Shown in pieces: positions 50,065 to 64,000 of a stretch of DNA of 64,000 bases. The stretch lies in NCBI GenBank assembly GCA_964188305.1, contig OZ076899.1; one strand, given 5' to 3'. Under the pieces are notes generated by a model. The model searched no databases, was not told where the DNA came from, and saw only the letters and a program-made list of their open reading frames with translations. Source of the stretch: Podarcis bocagei (taxonomy: Eukaryota). The first letter of the stretch is position 1; every line of letters begins with the position of its first letter. The position numbers and the translations under genes were made by a program.

Positions 50065-51296
50065 TAGAACTAAACTTGTATGAATGCTCACCCACACAGC
50101 TCCGCCATGCTTGCAGGAATTTACAGTCATCCAGTGACTGTGGTAAATAATGGGGTGCTGCCGATACTCACAGCTCAATAGAAGTGTTGTGGCTGCCAGC
50201 GCACAATGGATGCCATGGGCAGCAAGAAAAGAAGGGTCAGTCAAGTTTAGTCCAAGAGTATATCAAAAGTGGCTTATTTTAGTCCTTTAAAATAGTTGTT
50301 AAGTGTAGGACTTGATCTGGAGATAGTAATTTGGACTATGAAAAGTGTCAAAGCATGTCTGAGAAATTTGTTACTAACAGTAAATTAATTAGCCAACAAT
50401 AACATCCCTAAGACTCAGATGAAGGGCAGTATATAAATTTAACAAATGAATGAAAGAATGCATTTGATGCCATGAAACATTGTTCTGCATGGCTTCTTCC
50501 CACCACCAGCTAAACCATCAAAGTAGAAACTGCAAATGAACAAACCTATCAGGCTTTGCTGTTGACCAGCCTACAGGTATTCCAAATCCAGTGCAGGTGG
50601 GATTATTGCACAAGGAGTCCCCCAAATTAGGCAATCAACGCGACTGAAGCCCATAGCCAGAAATAGGGAATATGGGGGGGGGGGGAATCACAGTACGTCA
50701 TGCAATACAGGAAAGCCCTATGTTGCAATTAACTTAATATGTCTAAAGTTGTTTACCCATGCAAGATTGTAATAAAATCACATTTTAATAGAATTATGAA
50801 ATAAACATCAAACATGTCAGTCAAACCAGTGCCTTTGTGCTCATTGGTCAAAACAATGGGAGGTGGGAGCAAGTCTGTGACTTAACAGAGCCTCTGATAG
50901 AATTCTGCCTGTATATTTTTTACTTTAAAAGGGCTAAAGGTTTAATTTTTAAGAAATTAAAGCTGAAAATCAGGAATATAGGAAGCTGTCATATACTGTA
51001 CATGAGTCAGGCTATTGATCTATCTAGCTCAGTATTACTTACACTGACTGACAGCAGCAGCTGTCCAGGGCCTCTGACGGGGGGTGGGGTGGGGGGGGAA
51101 GACTTTCTCAGGCCTACTTGGAGATGCTGGGGATTGAATCTACTCTTCCACTGAGCTGTGGCCCTTCCCTAAATTTCCATGAGTGGGGCAGACCCACCAA
51201 CATATTCCCTGTCTCTGAAATGGCCATGATACTGGCACAAGCAATATACACTACAGTTCTGCATTTTCTATTCACTTGGCGTATCTCTTCATTATA

Positions 51297-51514
51297 CAGT
51301 GGTACCTCGGGTTAAGTCATTCCGGAGGTCCATTCTTAACCTGAAACTGTTCTTAACCTGAAGCACCACTTTAACTAATGGGGCCTCCCGCTGCCGCCGC
51401 GCCACTGGAGCACGATTTCTGTTCTCACCCTGAAGCAAAGTTCTTAACCCGAGGTACTATTTATGGGTTAGCAGAGTCTGTAACCTGAAGCGTATGTAAC
51501 CCGAGGTACCACTG
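51297..51514. mobile_element. Tc1/mariner-type MITE, same family as 49823-50064
   Basis: Same TIRs and near-identical interior. Confidence 0.88.
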
Positions 51515-54447
51515 TACTCTTATAAATCAGAAGGAAATGTTGCACAATATCCAGCAGCACCATGCGATATTACAAAAAATTGACCCTTAATCTTAATGAA
51601 ACACAAGAGAGAGAGAAGGGGGGGGGGTGAAATAAAGTGAAAGGTCGTTTTGTCAAAATACTTGCTTGCCAAAGCACCTGTACAGAGTCACCTGCTGTTC
51701 TGGCTGAAAACAGCAGGGAAAGGGTCCTGTAGAAAGGCTCAAACACAAACCGAAGGTTTGCAGTGACAGTGCAGTGTTAAGTATCTCTGATTTCAGTGGG
51801 AAACAGCTGCTGGCAGGGCTGGCCCCCAAGGCATGTTTGCCTTGAGGCGAACCACAAAATGGTTCCCTCACCCCCGCCAGGGAGGAAGGGGTGAGTGAAG
51901 ATTTACATCAGGAACAGGGGTGGCGATAAACATCTACATTGGGCCAGCCCTGGTTGCAGGTGTGTTTAATTCCTCAGTGAAAAATAAATGGGGCTTCAAA
52001 ATGCATAGATTTGGTCTCGGCATTAAAAAAACAGGCTCTGGTTTCTCCAGCAGCAATTATCCATGGCTATATATAAATTTTACATGCATGGGTATAGAAG
52101 CCCATTGCTGCATTAGCCCTAGACTCCCCTCCCATTGGACAGAGACCCCCATGGCTGAAAACAGCCCCCACAACAAAATTAGGCTTAGATAAAAGTCTTC
52201 TGCTGGCTCCTGTCTTCTGTCCCTCCCCCACCAAGCCCAATTGTTGCAGGATGGATGGAGCAAGCTGCTTCCTGCAGCCTCCAGGAAGAACACCTCTGCC
52301 TCCTCCAGCAGTTTGGCTTGAAAGAGGCCAAAATACCCTTTTTCAGCCTAATTGCTGGGCGGAGGGAATGGGAGGGAATGCATAATTAGTGTGCATGCTC
52401 TTTGCATGCAAGTACATATGTGTTGTACATGTGTGGTTTGGCCATGCCCACTGCGGCCTCTGTCCCTTGGAGGGTTGGCCAAGAGACCATTCAGCTCTCA
52501 GGCCAAGAGGTTTTCTCACACTGTCCAAGAGAAACTGAGGCAGGAGTTTGATAATCTTGGGCTAGACGGCTTGGAGAGCTTTTTGAGGAGCAGCGGGGTC
52601 TCATAACAGACGAGGGGATTTGGTGGAGGTGGACATACACAGCTGCCTCTAGGCCAGTGTTGTCCTTTCTGAGCAGCTTATGGTTCTCCAGAGTTTCTGA
52701 GAGCAAAACGTCTTCCCTTTGACTTGTGAACTTGGGGAAGGGGTAGCAGCAAATCACCTGCTCTGCTTGCAGGAGGTCTCGGGTCCAATGGAGGTCCTCA
52801 TGGCATCTCCAGTTGGACTGAGAGAGACTCCCTGCCTGAAACCCCCGGAAAGTCGCTGCCTATCATCCTACTAACTAATACTTTTCTAATCAAAGAGGCT
52901 TCTGGGAATTGGCCCTGGCATCTCCTGTGTGGAAAGCAAGTGGCCATGAGGCCTCTGGCAGTGATTGGATGAGGTAGCCTACCATGACAGAGGGGATTGG
53001 CAGGAGGATGGCAAAGACCTGAGCAGTTTAGCCAGGGAGAAAGGCAAAAGCTCTGAAGGCAGGAATAAGAGACTGAGGGAGCCAGGAGGAAGGCATAAGA
53101 CACAAGAAGATGCAAGAGTTGCAAGAGAGAGCAGCCCAGAAGGGGAGGAGGGGGAAATTAAGGATCCTGGGAACAGACAGGGCTTATCCACGCTTACCTT
53201 TTGCTCTGCCCCTTCCAGGCAGAGGTCGAAGCTTTAACGCTCCCTGTCTGAGTGTTTTGTTCTTGTTTTCCCTTGAGCTTTCCCTTTGAAAACCTGCTGT
53301 TTAAAGCTGAATTGGAGCAAATGTCAATTCAGGTTTTCTGTGGATTGAGCTTTAAGAGACAATTTTCATGGGGAAAGCCGCAAACCTTTTGCAATAATAC
53401 TGTAACCTTCTCAATACCTTGCATGGAAAATGGACAGAGCAGCTTGGGCAATTGCCGCATCACGCCCTGCAAGCTGAGGTGGCCTCTCTTCCCCTCAAGA
53501 ACCATCTACAGAAGGATGGCCAAGAACTATCCTGTCCAGAGGCAAGGAGAGATCTCACATTCAAAAAGTTTTCTTTCCCTGTAGCTTGTCTCTTTTACGT
53601 GTACGTGGTTTTAATTAATACTTATTGTTTTAACATTTTTATGTAAAACCGCTTTCTGGGGTTTGCTGAGAAGCGGTACGTAAATAGAGAGATGGGCCCC
53701 CTACTCCCAGCAGCCAGCCTGGCCACTGATCAGGGATGGGAGTCCCACAGTATCTGGAAGGACACCACAGGTTTCCCATCCCTGTCTTAAATAAATAAAT
53801 TAAACAAGGCAGGATATACACCTGTGAAACCAACGGAGGACCGTAACATGCAATAGAGCATTAGACCTTCAGCAGAAGGCTGTGTTGCAAACACCTGGTC
53901 TGGTGGATCCTCACAATGACTGCCAGCTGACTGATTCTGGATGTTCTCCAGTGGATGATTTTTGCTCTTGAATTTAGTGGAATATAGATTAGCACTTTTA
54001 TGTCTCACAACGGAACTCAATGATGGCCAAAGTGCACAGATTTAAACCCAATTCAGTCCCATGGTAGTGAATGCAACTGATTGAATTGACCTGAATTGCA
54101 GACTAGAGATCTTGCATCCTTCAGCATGTTGAAATACATGGCTCTGCTCAAGCATTTGGAGGCCCTGACAAAAATCTGTGACCCAAGTTATGTGAGACAG
54201 CTCTTTTGGAGTCAATGGAGCTTAGATCTGGAGTTACAGGGCAGTGGTCCTCACAGGTCTTCCGTAAAAAGTATTTTTGATAGCAATGCTGTCTTTTTAC
54301 TATTTACAGTAGCCATACAGCTCCACAAGATTGGGAGCACATAGCTCTGTCCATCCATCAGATTTATATCGCAGCCTGGATCAACATTATAGGCAGACCA
54401 GATCCATTTTTCTTCCAGCTGCTCAGGTGAGCTGCATTCAGATGCCT

Positions 54448-63431
<8,984 letters not shown>

Positions 63432-63844
63432 TTATTTGGAGTTGTCATAGGCACTTTTTCGCTTGCCTCCCAGCAGCTTATTCCAAAAATACTCACCTTA
63501 CCTGCCACACTATCACAGACTAGAATTGTTGATAATTGTTGATAATTTTATTACTCTTTAAAAAAGAAGAAGTTTGAATTCAGACACACTTCTGGCACAT
63601 GGAGGTTTTCAAACTCACACTCTGAACCTATGCCAACTTACTCATAAGAAAAGCAGAAGGTTTGACAGTAGATTCAGCCCAGATTTTAAAAAGAAATTCT
63701 GCACATAATACATTTACAGAATCTGCTGCCACAGAATGTGGCGACCAAAGACAAGTTCATGGTGGTGGTGACGGCAGGAAGCTGCCTTCTGCTGAGGCAG
63801 ACCATTGGTCCATCTAGTTTGGTGTTGTCTGCAGTGACTGGCGT

Positions 63845-64000
63845 GGGACACAGATGGCACTGTGGGTTAAACCACAGAGCCTAGGACTTGCCGATCAGAA
63901 GGTCGGCGGTTCGAATCCCCGCGACAGGGTGAGCTCCCGTTGCTCGGTCCCTGCTCCTGCCAACCTAGCAGTTCGAAAGCACATCAAAGTGCAAGTAGAT
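63845..64000 (+). mobile_element. Sauria SINE, truncated by window edge
   Basis: Same head as 57669 and 59993 copies. Confidence 0.9.

Overview
Vertebrate genomic DNA, most likely a lacertid lizard (young Sauria SINE copies with the lacertid-type sequence). The minus strand carries TBC1D2B coding exons 1-12 (ATG 34213 in a CpG island; last exon lies off-window to the left) and the last five coding exons of a FAM81A-like gene (63411 to stop at 54448). Two very young Ty1/copia LTR retrotransposons of different families lie on the minus strand. Copia-A (4737-9391) sits in TBC1D2B intron 9, has LTRs identical by eye, and has lost its RT core. Copia-B (39267-44389) lies about 5 kb upstream of TBC1D2B and has an intact 1386-aa polyprotein. 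Both have non-canonical LTR 3' ends and a PBS matching the anticodon arm of initiator tRNA-Met. Most notably, both carry extra motifs matching the 5' half of that tRNA, including an exact 18-mer in the Copia-B LTRs. The rest is typical squamate repeat landscape: Sauria SINEs, hAT and Tc1/mariner MITEs, L1/L2/CR1/RTE fragments and microsatellites. All comparisons were made by eye against remembered sequences; no searches were run.
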